Positions 49,521 through 59,953 of a DNA stretch of 64,000 nucleotides are shown here, piece after piece. Numbering within the stretch: the stretch's first letter is position 1; each line of letters begins with the position of its first letter. Source of the DNA: Verrucomicrobiota bacterium (GTDB lineage Bacteria; Verrucomicrobiota; Verrucomicrobiia; Limisphaerales; AAA164-E04); contig CP170459.1 of the NCBI GenBank assembly GCA_047947115.1, positions 2,336,001 to 2,400,000 on the forward strand. The letters run 5' to 3'. The notes under the pieces were generated by a model. It did no database searches and was not told the DNA's origin. It saw only the letters and a program-made list of their open reading frames with translations. A program made the position numbers and the translations under genes.

Positions 49521-49593
49521 TTGGTGTGTTTTTATGACGCTCTAGTGGAGAGTCTTGAGATCCATCTTTGGTATCACGTTATTTTTATTGGTT

Positions 49594-50534
49594 TCACTCC
49601 CGGGCCTGGTCAGTTGAAGTCGCAGGTGTAAGCGCCGCATTCAATGCAGGTTCCAGTTTGACGGCATGGCTTGATCCGGCGACAGCGAAGACACGTTCTC
49701 CCTTTTTGACCAGATCCAACAGAATGGCAAGGAAGTGTCGGTCGCGGATGATGTTTGCATCCATTTCACTTAAAAAACCCGGCATTTCATATTGGTCGGA
49801 TACCGTCCTCCAGTCGGGTCCGTTTGGAAAATGTTTATCCCAGGCATGTTGCAGGGATTGCATATTGGGGAAGGCGTTTTCTATTCCTGGCCATTGGTTT
49901 CGCTTTTTCCTGACAGATTCCACTACTGCATCCGGATCATCCGGGCGCCCATATCGCAGGTTCGAGAAGTAGGGGTGAGGATGAATCGAAGCGCCACTTG
50001 TTCTTTTGAATAGTCTTTCAGTAAATGTTCGATTTGAATTTCTATGGGTGGTTCCCAAGTATAGGTTGGGATGTTATTTATCCTTGCCAGAGCGTGAACA
50101 AATCCCGGTTCGCCAAACGTCCCGACCGGATCCATGAGGCCGGGGAACAAGATGCCCAGGCGACTTTCACAAAGAGCAACACTGGGGGCAAATTGTTTCC
50201 AGCGGGTTTCCATATCTTTGAGTTGAATATCGTCTGGGTCCTTCGTGTGTTCTGCTCCATAAAGAAGTATGGCTCCTCCATGTGAAGTCGTGATTTCCAC
50301 GACGAAGGGACGATCGTGCGAATCGATCAGCCCGCCATAATGTTGGTCGCTCAGAATGAGCCTCTGGTACCATTCGGCGCTGCCTTCGTGAGGTTGGTAG
50401 TCATCGAGAGGCCGCCATGCGAAAAGCAAGGCATAGATGCCAAACACGATGGCCGCGATGAACCAGATGGCGACCAAACGACAGAACCATGTGAGGATGA
50501 ATCGCCAGACTTGTTTGGCCAGGGGGGCTTTCAT
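49594..50534 (-). pseudogene. membrane-anchored hypothetical protein frameshifted near 49975
   Basis: ...EQVALRFIL in one frame continues as PYFSNLRYG...RDRHF...AGSSHAV in the next frame; one base appears to be missing. Confidence 0.7.
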
Positions 50535-50660
50535 ATGGACGTATGACTTCGTGTGTTGGGTGAACCATTTCAACACACGAAGTCACACGTCAGTTTCATA
50601 AAAATTAAGAAAGGGCAGGGAACGTCCCTGAACAGCTGACTGGGCTGTGAGCCGTTTCTG

Positions 50661-50876
50661 TCAGGGCTGTTTGCGACTTTGATCCGAGGCAGGGGGAGTA
50701 GTGTTCTGGTGTGAATCTGGTTGCTCGACCGAGCAACTATCGGCCATTCACGTGGATATGCCAAGCCTGGGCAAAATGACCATTTGCAGCAACAGGTAGA
50801 CGCCGACAAACAACAGCACGCTCCCAAGGGGACTGCCGACGAAGTTCACGAGAAACGTCTTGATTGCCTCAAACAT
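50661..50876 (-). CDS. candidate small membrane selenoprotein (71 aa, Sec43)
   Basis: MFEAIKTFLVNFVGSPLGSVLLFVGVYLLLQMVILPRLGIST-UGA(50750-50748)-MADSCSVEQ...KQP-stop. SECIS-like hairpin follows the UGA, and tRNA-Sec is in the same window. Confidence 0.7.
50720..50737 (-). promoter_or_regulatory. candidate bacterial SECIS element
   Basis: GUUGCUC-GGUC-GAGCAAC: perfect 7-bp stem starting after a 10-nt spacer from the UGA, with G first in the apical loop. Confidence 0.7.
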
Positions 50877-50907
50877 GTGGGGAAGATAGGCCTTTCTCAG
50901 TGATGAA

Positions 50908-51522
50908 TCAACTATTCAACCATTTTTTAACGGCGGGGATGGTTTCTTCAGGACTGACGTGGATCTGTCCCGACCATCCGCGTTCGATGGCTGCTTCCAC
51001 GTTTTCTGCTTTGTCGTCGATAAAGAAGAGGTCCCTGCCTTGGCGCCCCAAAATGTGTTCGACCTTTTCGTATAAGGCCAACGTGGGTTTCATCATGCCA
51101 TGTTCGTAGGAATAACAATGATGATCGAACTCACTGAAGAAAGGGAATGTTTCCCGGATAAAGGACACCGCTATTTCATTGGTGTTCGAGAAAACCATGA
51201 CGGGGACCTGTTCTGATTTTAGGGATCGCATGAATTCCACCATGACATCCCACTCCTCGAATATGTCGGCAAAATCGTTCCGAAAGACCTCGAAAGATTC
51301 TTGGTATCCACAAAGTGTGCCGATGTTTCGATAGAACGCCTCGGAGGACACTTCGCCCCTTTCATAAGCGTGCAGGTGCGGCGTTTGGTTGATCTCGGCC
51401 AGAATTTCCTCAGCCGTGGCATCGGCGTGGCGAGCAAGGTTTTTGGCCGCGATGCCGAAGTCAAAGTGGAGCAATACCTTGCCCAGGTCGAAAACAACGG
51501 CTTTTGAGTGCGTTTCAGTCAT
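50908..51522 (-). CDS. HAD family phosphatase
   Basis: FDLGKV, SNTN, MKP and FIDDKAENV motifs. Confidence 0.92.
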   Translation of the reverse strand: MTETHSKAVVFDLGKVLLHFDFGIAAKNLARHADATAEEILAEINQTPHLHAYERGEVSSEAFYRNIGTLCGYQESFEVFRNDFADIFEEWDVMVEFMRSLKSEQVPVMVFSNTNEIAVSFIRETFPFFSEFDHHCYSYEHGMMKPTLALYEKVEHILGRQGRDLFFIDDKAENVEAAIERGWSGQIHVSPEETIPAVKKWLNS

Positions 51523-52123
51523 GTGGGAGTGCGGCTCTGCCTTGCATGGCTTTGCCTAAAGTCAGTTCATCGGCGTAATCCAGTTCGCTGCCGGCAGGCA
51601 AACCTTGTGCAATGCGAGTGATTTTGACGTCCAATGCGCTCAATCTTTTCGCCAGGTAGTAGGACGTTGCGTCTCCTTCCACGTCCGAACCGAGCGCCAG
51701 AATGACTTCTTCGACCGGATTTTCCCGAATCCGATGTTCGAGCGAGTCGATACGCAGATCCTCGGGCCCCACTCCATTCATCGGTGAAATCTGGCCACCG
51801 AGGACGTGATACTGTCCCTTGAAAGCCTGCGATTTCTCCAGCGTGAGGATGTCCGTCGGTTTGACCACCACGCAGATGCATTCCTGTTGACGCTGACTGT
51901 TCGAACAGAGCGGGCAGGGCTGGGTTTCGGTCAAGCCGCCGCAGGTTTCACAAAGGGACACCTTTTCTTTGGCCTCTTTGACAGAGCGAATCAACAGATC
52001 GACGGCATCCTGTTTGGATTGCACCAAGTGCAGGGCAATGCGTTCAGCCGATCGCGGGCCAATGCCCGGCAAACGGTTCAGGGCCGACTTCAGCTCTTGT
52101 ACAGCTGGTGGTAACGTGAGCAT
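51515..52123 (-). CDS. recR: recombination mediator RecR
   Basis: LPGIGPRSAER HhH, C4 Zn finger, YHVLGG, VEGDAT and ELDYAD motifs. Confidence 0.97.
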   Translation of the reverse strand: MLTLPPAVQELKSALNRLPGIGPRSAERIALHLVQSKQDAVDLLIRSVKEAKEKVSLCETCGGLTETQPCPLCSNSQRQQECICVVVKPTDILTLEKSQAFKGQYHVLGGQISPMNGVGPEDLRIDSLEHRIRENPVEEVILALGSDVEGDATSYYLAKRLSALDVKITRIAQGLPAGSELDYADELTLGKAMQGRAALPHD

Positions 52124-52226
52124 CTTATCGGCTTGCTTGGTAGTATTCGAACCTGAAGGCGTTGTTCCGGGCTGGTGCCAGTTTTCCTATTTTCGACCGG
52201 GTAGCTTGTTGAACTGCCCCTATTGG

Positions 52227-52538
52227 TTACATCAATCCAGGAATCTTGAGTCCGGATGTCAGTTTACCCATTTCTTCGTTGGAAATTTCCTTGGCCTGTT
52301 CCAACGCGCTGTTGGCAGCCGTCAATACGAGGTCTTCGAGCAAGGAAATATCGTCCTTGTCAACTGATTCGGGATCAATGGTGATGGCTTTCAGGGTCCC
52401 ATCGCATTTAGCGGTTACTTTTACCGCTCCGCCGCCGCTGGTTGCGTCCACCGTACGATCTGCCAAATCCGTCTGAGCCTGTTCCATTTGACGTTGGATA
52501 CGGCTCGCTTGCTTCATGAGTTTTCCGATACTAGACAT
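52227..52538 (-). CDS. ybaB: YbaB/EbfC nucleoid-associated protein
   Basis: SGGGAVKV and LEDLVLTAANSA motifs; lies between dnaX and recR. Confidence 0.95.
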   Translation of the reverse strand: MSSIGKLMKQASRIQRQMEQAQTDLADRTVDATSGGGAVKVTAKCDGTLKAITIDPESVDKDDISLLEDLVLTAANSALEQAKEISNEEMGKLTSGLKIPGLM

Positions 52539-52572
52539 TATGCGGACAGTTTATGCGGCGCGCTGGAGGATT

Positions 52573-54402
52573 TCAAGTCGATGATTCGACGTTTAACATT
52601 CTTGCCTTGAATACTTCCAGCGCTTTTTGAATGAGCGGGTCGTTGAGGAATTCCTCGGGATCAATGGGCACTTTGGGGGCTCCGGGCGGAATATCTTCTT
52701 CTCCCGGTTGATCGGAAGTATTCGCTTTTCCGTTGGTTCGTGCTGTTGTTGGATCTGGTAGGGGTTGTTTTTCTTTTGGTTGCAGATTGTCGGATTTGAC
52801 GAAGCGTACCTTGCAGTCGGGGTGTCCCAGCGTTTCCAAATAGGATTCGATGGCCTGATGGTTTTTCTTGTTGTCGACCATTTCCATCTGATCCACCTGA
52901 GACGGAGGATAACCAACGGTGATGACTTTGCCTTTGACTTCCAAGGCGTGTCCGTCCGCCAAATAGCTGTGCAGAAACGGGTTTTCCTTGCCAACATGCA
53001 GAACAAGTTTGTTCCACAGGGTGTGCAGGTTGATGTCCCCGGGTGCTTGTTGGGGTTCTTCGGCTTGGACTGGCTCCGGCATTGGGGCCGATGCCACCGT
53101 TCTTTCCGCTGCTGTCGGATTGGGGGGCGGGGAAGCTTGATCTGGTGGTGTGCGGGTCCCAGGTGGAGTGCTGGAGCTTTTGGGGGCGGCGGCGATGGGA
53201 GCTGGTGCCGGTTTGGGTGGGGTGGCCTGACCGGGGGCAGGCTGCCCGCCAGCGGGTGATTGGTTGCGGATGGCATTCAGGGCTCCGATGACTTCGTTGA
53301 TACTTCTTTCCTGAAGGGATTCGGATGCCCGGATCAGTCCTATTTCCACTGCGATTCGTTTTGCGCTGGCTTCCCTGAGCCGATAATCTGTGTCGGATAA
53401 TGCCTCCAACAGCCGTAATACCTGGTGATCATTCAGTCCGCTTGCGTGTTGCTGCAGTGATGCAAGTTCGGATTCGGACAGGCTCTCAAGTGCTGCCTGA
53501 TCACCGGAAACCTTGATGAGCATCAGGTGGCGGAAGTATTCCTGCAGGTCTCCCAACAGGCGTCCGAGGTCTTTGCCGTTTTGCGCCAGGTCATTCAGTT
53601 CGCTCAGCAGCGCTGGTTTATTGCCCTGGATCATGGCTTCGGCCAGTCGCAGGATTTGATCCCTGGAGGTGAGTCCGAACATGGAAAGCACATCAGGTTC
53701 TTCAATTTGATCGCCGCAGAAACTGATCAATTGATCCAACGTAGACTGAGCATCCCGCATCCCGCCATCGGCTCCACGCGCCACGGCCTGGAGTGCGGTT
53801 TGTTCGATTTGGATACCTTCCTGGTCGGCGATTTTCTTCAATTGTCCCATGATTTCCGGAGCGGCAATGCGTCGCAAATCAAAGCGCTGGCAGCGGGAAA
53901 GAATCGTCGGGAGCACCTTTTCCGGCTCTGTGGTGGCGAACATGAATTTCACGTGCGGCGGGGGTTCCTCCAATGTTTTGAGCAGGGCATTGAAAGCTTC
54001 CTTTGTCAGCATGTGGACCTCATCAATGATGAAGATTTTATAAGGTGACACGGCGGGTGCGTAGTGGACAGTATCGCGTAATTCGCGAATTTCCTCGATA
54101 CCACGATTGCTGGCGCCGTCGATCTCCATGACGTCCAGGGATCTGCCTTCCGCAATTTCCTGACACCTTGGGTCATCTTCCGGCCAGTCGGTTCGAGGGC
54201 CGTCGGAGCAATTCAGGCACTTTGCAAAAATGCGCGCCAGGGTGGTTTTTCCGGTGCCCCGCGGGCCGCAAAAGAGATAGGCGTGGGCGATGCGCCCTTT
54301 CTGGATGGCATGGCCCAAGGTGCGCGTGACATGGTCCTGGCCCACAACTTCTTCGAAGCGTTGAGGTCGGTATTTTCGAGCGATGACCTGATAGGCGGAC
54401 AT
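52573..54402 (-). CDS. dnaX: DNA polymerase III subunit gamma/tau
   Basis: ARKYRP, GPRGTGKT, EIDGASN, IIDEVHML and SRCQ motifs; Pro-rich linker. Confidence 0.97.
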   Translation of the reverse strand: MSAYQVIARKYRPQRFEEVVGQDHVTRTLGHAIQKGRIAHAYLFCGPRGTGKTTLARIFAKCLNCSDGPRTDWPEDDPRCQEIAEGRSLDVMEIDGASNRGIEEIRELRDTVHYAPAVSPYKIFIIDEVHMLTKEAFNALLKTLEEPPPHVKFMFATTEPEKVLPTILSRCQRFDLRRIAAPEIMGQLKKIADQEGIQIEQTALQAVARGADGGMRDAQSTLDQLISFCGDQIEEPDVLSMFGLTSRDQILRLAEAMIQGNKPALLSELNDLAQNGKDLGRLLGDLQEYFRHLMLIKVSGDQAALESLSESELASLQQHASGLNDHQVLRLLEALSDTDYRLREASAKRIAVEIGLIRASESLQERSINEVIGALNAIRNQSPAGGQPAPGQATPPKPAPAPIAAAPKSSSTPPGTRTPPDQASPPPNPTAAERTVASAPMPEPVQAEEPQQAPGDINLHTLWNKLVLHVGKENPFLHSYLADGHALEVKGKVITVGYPPSQVDQMEMVDNKKNHQAIESYLETLGHPDCKVRFVKSDNLQPKEKQPLPDPTTARTNGKANTSDQPGEEDIPPGAPKVPIDPEEFLNDPLIQKALEVFKARMLNVESST

Positions 54403-54569
54403 GGGGATCATCATGCACGGGGATGCTGGTTCAGGCAAGACTGGAGCGGGTTAATTTGGGTAGTTTCCGCAGTCGTGGGTTCTGCGGGATGAAGTGGGTT
54501 TACAGGATAAGTAGGTGTATTCGGACACCCTGGCGTTGGAATTTTGAAATTCAGAAAGAGGGGGCTTGT

Positions 54570-55280
54570 TTACCATGAATAGGTTCCGGTGTTGCCCAGT
54601 CGGTCCAGAAACCGGCCGGTTTGTCGTAAGGTAAGAGATTGGACGGTTTGTTCGATGGATGTTCCCACACTTTCGGGCTCCAAATCGGCCTCGCTGCCTC
54701 CCATATCCGTTTTGACCCAACCCGGACTGAGTGCCACCACCGTGATTCCCTCAGGTTTGAGTTCGGTGGCCAATCCGCGTGTGAAATGATTGAGAGCCGC
54801 CTTTGATGCACCGTAACAATACCTGCGCCCGGACCGTTGGGAGATGGAGCCGGCTCCGGAGGAAAGGTTGACGATTCGTGGGTTTTGGCTTTTCGCCAGC
54901 AGGGGAAGTAGGGTTTTTGTGACTCGAATGGTTCCCACTAAGTTGACGTTCATGGCTTCATGGAACCAATTCAAATCCAGATTTCGGAAGGACATGTCTG
55001 TGGGTTCAGGAAAGATGCCGGCATTGTTGATCAGCACGTCCAGTGTCACATTGTTTTCGTTCAAAAATTTGGCGACTTGATCAATTTGAGCTTGGTGCGT
55101 GATGTCCATTTCCAGTCTTATTGAAAACCTCTGCCCGGGTTCTGTTGGACGCGCCTGGTCTGTGAGTTTGCGCATGCAGGAAATGACCTGCCAACCCTTT
55201 GAATGAAATGCTCCTTCCATGGCGGCTCCGATGCCGCGGTTTGCTCCCGTGATCAATACTGTCCTGGCTTTTGCTGTCAT
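54570..55280 (-). CDS. SDR family oxidoreductase
   Basis: TGANRGIG, NNAG, YGASK and PGWVKTDMG motifs. Confidence 0.93.
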   Translation of the reverse strand: MTAKARTVLITGANRGIGAAMEGAFHSKGWQVISCMRKLTDQARPTEPGQRFSIRLEMDITHQAQIDQVAKFLNENNVTLDVLINNAGIFPEPTDMSFRNLDLNWFHEAMNVNLVGTIRVTKTLLPLLAKSQNPRIVNLSSGAGSISQRSGRRYCYGASKAALNHFTRGLATELKPEGITVVALSPGWVKTDMGGSEADLEPESVGTSIEQTVQSLTLRQTGRFLDRLGNTGTYSW

Positions 55281-55324
55281 GTTTTCCTGATTCAAGCAGA
55301 AAGCGTTTGGGGGCAACATATAAA

Positions 55325-55351
55325 AAGACGCCTGCAGCATATGCAGGCGTC
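55325..55351 (-). terminator. probable intrinsic terminator of the fasciclin gene
   Basis: AAGACGCCTGCA...TGCAGGCGTCTT stem, followed by a T run on the minus strand. Confidence 0.6.
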
Positions 55352-55388
55352 TTCCCTTTTGGTTTGTTGGTTGAGTTTTGGTTTAATT

Positions 55389-55874
55389 TTAGGGGAGGAT
55401 CACGTGGTCAATGACGTGGATGACCCCGTTACTTGCTCCGATATCCGTTTTCATAACCTTTGCCTGGTTGATGCTTACCCCATGATCGGTGATACTAATC
55501 TTCACTTCCTTTCCGTTGACTGTTTTTACCTGACCTGCTTTGACATCTTTTGCCATCACTTTGGCTGGAATGACGTGGTAGGTGAGGATTTCGGTCAGTT
55601 TCTGTTTGTTTTCCGGCTTGAGCAATGATGCCACCGTGCCTTCCGGGAGTTTGGCGAATGCTTCGTCAGTAGGGGCAAACACAGTGTAGGGGCCTTCGGC
55701 TTTCAGTGTGTCCACTAATCCAGCTGCTTGGACGGCTGCTACGAGTGTCTTGAATGAACCAGCCTTTATTGCGACATCCACGATATCTGGGCTGGCTTTG
55801 GTGTTGCCGGCGAAAGCATTTGAAGTGACCAGGGCGATGGTGAGGAGTCCGATTGTTTTTAGTTTTTTCAGCAT
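55389..55874 (-). CDS. fasciclin (FAS1) domain protein
   Basis: [16 protein letters not shown] and NGVIHVID motifs; signal peptide. Confidence 0.95.
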   Translation of the reverse strand: MLKKLKTIGLLTIALVTSNAFAGNTKASPDIVDVAIKAGSFKTLVAAVQAAGLVDTLKAEGPYTVFAPTDEAFAKLPEGTVASLLKPENKQKLTEILTYHVIPAKVMAKDVKAGQVKTVNGKEVKISITDHGVSINQAKVMKTDIGASNGVIHVIDHVILP

Positions 55875-56113
55875 AATTTCTATTTTGATTTGCGGTTCTT
55901 GTTACATGCGTTTGTTAGCACGGACCCAACATGCCTCTTGTTTAGTTGGTGTCAAATTTTTGCATCAAAAATGTTTAAATAAATCGTGCGTTCCATAACT
56001 ATCACAATATTAGGTATAACTGGATTTTAAGCAGCTGTTTTGTGATTTTTCTGGCTGAAAAAAATGTTAGTCAAATCAGATTTGTTTAACTTTTGTAGCT
56101 TAATTTTGAGGAG

Positions 56114-58024
56114 TTACCAGGCTACTCCATAATCATCACCATGGTGGCTGGCGCCGCCCCACAACGTGCCGTGTTTGCGGTCGAAGTAGATGGCGGTGAT
56201 GGGGCCCGAGGTGCGTTCGTCGAAGTCCAGTCGATAGCCCATGGTTTTCAACTCGTTGCGTACCCAGGGGGGAACGTCTTCCTGCAAGGTGAGTTTGCCT
56301 GGTTTGAATTCATGTTCCCCAAAGGAAGCGTGCATTTGGTAGCTGGTGATGTTGGGAGACTCGCAGGCTTCCTGAACGTTCATACCGAATTCCATGAAGT
56401 TGATGAGGAATTGCACCAGATTCTGCTCCTGAGTATCGCCGCCTTGAACGGAAAAAGCCAGGTAAGGTTCTTTGCCTTTCAAGGCGATAGTTGGGGTGAG
56501 GGTGGCGCGAGGGCGTTTGCCGGGTTCAAGGACGTTGTAAGGTCCGTCTTCCGGGAGAAGCACAAAACTCTGCATGCGCTGGCTCATGCCAATACCGGTG
56601 CGCCCGGCGATGCAAGCCGGCATCCAACCGCCGCTGGGGGTGACGGAAACCACCCACCCATCCTTGTCCGCCGCTTGAATGGAGGTTGTCCCTGCGCGGA
56701 AGTCGCGATGGTACTGGTCCCAATAATCCGCGGAAGCACGAGGTCGCTGGAACGGGCTTTGATTACGCCAGTGGTCCAGTTCGCGTTGGAATGGGTTTGG
56801 TTTGTTGTTGAATCCATACGGATCCCCGGGACCTGCAAAGGGGTCATTGCGCATTGGATTGATCTCTCGGAGTCGAAACCGTGCATAATCTTTCGATAAC
56901 AATGTTTCCAGAGGCTCATCCGGGGGAAAGTAAGGGTCGCCGTAGTAAAAGTCACGGTCTGCAAACGCCAGGTTCATGACTTGGTAAAGGGTATGGATGT
57001 ACCGCGCCGAATTCAACCCCATGGATTTCAGATCCAGTGGCTCGAGCATGTTCAGTATCTGCAACATGCAGGGGCCTTGAACCCAGGAGGTCAGTTTGTA
57101 AACTTCCACATCATGGTAAGTGGACATGACGGGTTCCTCGATGTGGACTTCCCAGTTTGCCAGGTCTGCCGCGGTGTGGAGACCTCCTTGTTCGCGGGAG
57201 CCGCGGACGAATTCTTCTGCGATGTCCCCACGATAAAAACGATCATTGGCCGCCATGATAGCTTCCTTGCGTGTCGCACCTCTTGCCAGTGCCTTCTTTT
57301 CAGCGAACACCAGTTTTTCCAGTGTTGCTTTCAGCTCGGGCTGGCGGAAGATTTCTCCGGGTCTGGGTGCTTCGTAATATTCTCCTTCATGCGGGAGAAA
57401 AATGTCTTTGGAGTAGGGCCACTGCTTGAGTGAATCTTTTGAGCTTTCGATCCATTCGGACGTCCCGGCTTCCATTGGGTATCCTTCCGCCATTTGGATG
57501 GCGGGTTTCAACACCTGTTCCAATGACATCGTGCCGTACTCAGCCAACATCACCATCAAACCGCCGGGTGTTCCCGGCGTGACGGCGGCAAGAGGGCCTT
57601 CTCCCGGGGGATATCGCATGCCTCGGGCGAGGAAAAAATCCGCCGTGGCACCCGTGGGGGCGACGCCGAGCGCGTTGATTCCGATGACCTTTTTTTCGAT
57701 GGGATGATAGACCAAAGCCTGAGTTTCACCCCCCCAACTCAGGGCGTCATGCATCGTGCAAGAAGCGGCCAGCATGGCGCACGTGGCATCAATGGCGTTT
57801 CCGCCTTGCGCGAAGATCTGTGCTCCGGCGCTCGCTGCGAGGGGTTTGCCTGTGATCGCCATCCAGTGTCGTCCGTGCAGGATGGGTTTGTTTGTTTTGG
57901 CGTGTAGAAAGTGTTCTGCAGGTGCGCACACGAATCCCAACACGATGGCAAGCCCAAGGTGCAAACATTGCCAGGGATGTGATTGCCGCCGGCGGATACC
58001 ACCTGGATGTGGTTTTCTGGTCAT
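56114..58024 (-). CDS. ggt: gamma-glutamyltransferase family protein
   Basis: GGNAIDA, AFADRD, GTTS (Thr nucleophile), PGKRP and GGDTQ motifs. Confidence 0.92.
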   Translation of the reverse strand: MTRKPHPGGIRRRQSHPWQCLHLGLAIVLGFVCAPAEHFLHAKTNKPILHGRHWMAITGKPLAASAGAQIFAQGGNAIDATCAMLAASCTMHDALSWGGETQALVYHPIEKKVIGINALGVAPTGATADFFLARGMRYPPGEGPLAAVTPGTPGGLMVMLAEYGTMSLEQVLKPAIQMAEGYPMEAGTSEWIESSKDSLKQWPYSKDIFLPHEGEYYEAPRPGEIFRQPELKATLEKLVFAEKKALARGATRKEAIMAANDRFYRGDIAEEFVRGSREQGGLHTAADLANWEVHIEEPVMSTYHDVEVYKLTSWVQGPCMLQILNMLEPLDLKSMGLNSARYIHTLYQVMNLAFADRDFYYGDPYFPPDEPLETLLSKDYARFRLREINPMRNDPFAGPGDPYGFNNKPNPFQRELDHWRNQSPFQRPRASADYWDQYHRDFRAGTTSIQAADKDGWVVSVTPSGGWMPACIAGRTGIGMSQRMQSFVLLPEDGPYNVLEPGKRPRATLTPTIALKGKEPYLAFSVQGGDTQEQNLVQFLINFMEFGMNVQEACESPNITSYQMHASFGEHEFKPGKLTLQEDVPPWVRNELKTMGYRLDFDERTSGPITAIYFDRKHGTLWGGASHHGDDYGVAW

Positions 58025-58079
58025 CCTGCAACTTATACCTTTCCGGATAAGTTTGGTAAACCCTATACCTCGTCTTGCA

Positions 58080-59258
58080 TCAAGTGGTTGTTGTTTTCAG
58101 TTTCCACCTGGCGACGAACATGCCGTTGGATTTCCAGATGTGGGGTTGGATGGTGAATCCGTGAATGGGCTTGCCCAGATCGAGTTCACAGAACTCCGGC
58201 AGATTCGGTCGAGATCCGTTCCACGGCCAGGGTTCCAGTTCCGGGTGGGCCTGTTCGATGCGACGTACGACGCGTGCCGTTTCCTGTTTGGTCAGGGTGC
58301 AGACGGAATAAACCAGTTTTCCGCCGGGTTTGAGGCGGGTGATGGCGGATTCGAGCAGGCTAAACTGAACTTCGGCCAGCTCCTTCACGTCTTCCAGGGT
58401 GGTGGTCCATCGGGCATGCGGGTTGCGCTGCCAGGTGCCCAGTCCGCTGCACGGTGCGTCGACGAGCACACCGTCGAATTTCTTTTTGAAGGGTATCTTG
58501 GAATTACCGTCCCACTGGGAGGATTGATAGTTGAACACCTTGGCTCTGGCGGCGCGGCGTTTCAGTTTCTGAAGCCGCCATGCCGATCGATCGGTGGCCC
58601 AGACACATCCTTTCTGCTCCAGCAGATCGGCCAAGTGCAGCATTTTACCTCCTTCGCCCGCGCACATGTCCCACCAGTGTTCGGATGGTTCCACCTGACA
58701 GAAATTACCGACGAATTGAGAGGCAAGGTCTTGTATTTCAAAACTGCCGTGCTGGAAAGAACCGGTCTGGTAAAGGTCCTCCCGACCGAAATAACGGAAG
58801 GAATTACGCCAGCATCCTTCTCCTGCAGGCTGAATATCCTTCTTGAAAAGTTGTTCTACACGCTTGCCCTTGGCTTTGGGGGCGCGCAGCCACAGGGTGG
58901 ATGGTCGCTGGATCTGGACCAGCCATTCGCGGGTGACTTTCATGGTGTCATAGCACCAGTCCGGGACCGTTTTTTTGAGGACCTCGGATTTGATCTTGCC
59001 AGCGTGTGAGCGAAATGCTTCGTCCAGTTCGCGTGCCATTCGGATCTGGCGGTTTAAAGTGTTGGACGGATTCAGGCATCCTTTCCATCGAAAGTAGGTG
59101 TAGACCCGTTCGACCACTGCTGTCTTGTGGCGGGGCAGCATTTCCTTTTCTTTGCGAAGTGCGTCCCTCAGTAGTCGGTCGGCTGGGTTTTTGGCATCGC
59201 ATTGTCTGATGATATCATCAGCCAGAGAGGTGATGCCGTTTCGTTTGCGTTTGGGCAT
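58080..59258 (-). CDS. RsmB/NOP-type RNA m5C methyltransferase
   Basis: IQDLASQ, DMCAGEGGK, VDAPCSG and YSVCT motifs. Confidence 0.92.
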   Translation of the reverse strand: MPKRKRNGITSLADDIIRQCDAKNPADRLLRDALRKEKEMLPRHKTAVVERVYTYFRWKGCLNPSNTLNRQIRMARELDEAFRSHAGKIKSEVLKKTVPDWCYDTMKVTREWLVQIQRPSTLWLRAPKAKGKRVEQLFKKDIQPAGEGCWRNSFRYFGREDLYQTGSFQHGSFEIQDLASQFVGNFCQVEPSEHWWDMCAGEGGKMLHLADLLEQKGCVWATDRSAWRLQKLKRRAARAKVFNYQSSQWDGNSKIPFKKKFDGVLVDAPCSGLGTWQRNPHARWTTTLEDVKELAEVQFSLLESAITRLKPGGKLVYSVCTLTKQETARVVRRIEQAHPELEPWPWNGSRPNLPEFCELDLGKPIHGFTIQPHIWKSNGMFVARWKLKTTTT

Positions 59259-59264
59259 AAATGG

Positions 59265-59849
59265 TTAGAGAGGTTTGCACCACCAGAACATGCGTTCCAG
59301 TCCGGTGCGATTGGGATAGGATCGCGGAACCCATTCCTTTTTCAATTCAAAATGTGGGGAAAACCTTTGGAACACCTCGTCACGGGTTGTTCCGAAAGGT
59401 GGTCCATCCTCGTCGGGGATCAGGTAATGTACGGCCAGCAGGGAGCCCCCAGGTTTGATCCACCGCAACATAGCCTGGAGATAGTCGTTCCGCTGATCGG
59501 GTTGAATGGCGCAGTAGAACGTATGCTCGAAGACCCAGTCAAAAGGTGATTCCGGAGATTCGTTCAGAAAGTTACCAAGATGAAAGCTGCATGCATGAGC
59601 TTTGCCGGAAGCGTGTTCACGTGCCCGTTCGACTGCGGACGGAGCGATATCGACGCCGCTGGCCTCAAAGCCTTTGGATGCCCAGGCCAGCACGTCATGT
59701 CCGATTCCACAGCCGGGCACGCAAACGGTCCCTTTTTTCAGTTCCGAGTTGTCGACCAAAAAATCCACCAATCCCGGGGAGGCTTCGCCTTTGTCCCAGG
59801 GTGTTTCTTTTTTTTGGTAGCAGGTTTCCCAGTGATCCAACTCATTCAT
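59265..59849 (-). CDS. TPMT/thiol-halide-type SAM methyltransferase
   Basis: TPWDKG, VPGCGIGHD, EHTFYCAI and GPPFG motifs. Confidence 0.88.
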   Translation of the reverse strand: MNELDHWETCYQKKETPWDKGEASPGLVDFLVDNSELKKGTVCVPGCGIGHDVLAWASKGFEASGVDIAPSAVERAREHASGKAHACSFHLGNFLNESPESPFDWVFEHTFYCAIQPDQRNDYLQAMLRWIKPGGSLLAVHYLIPDEDGPPFGTTRDEVFQRFSPHFELKKEWVPRSYPNRTGLERMFWWCKPL

Positions 59850-59953
59850 CAGGTAAACCATCTTGATTCCCATTGAAAGATCAAGTTCAATCGCCAACTT
59901 TCAAAAAACGCATTGCATTGGAGAAATGGCCTATGCAGAATTGGGGCGTGGTA

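Noticed and set aside
50600..50663. Second read-through at the terminal TGA of the candidate selenoprotein
   Set aside because: The following ACAGC/GCTGT stem is short and its loop lacks the leading G, so it is treated as the true stop.
54440..54570. SRP RNA (ffs) upstream of dnaX
   Set aside because: The conserved domain IV motif (CAGG...GNAA...AGCAG) is not visible on either strand.
57756..59009. Long plus-strand ORF (417 aa) and similar shadow ORFs, e.g. 31869-32804, 34596-35492, 48328-49251
   Set aside because: They are antisense or alternate-frame shadows of well-supported genes, with no motifs of their own.
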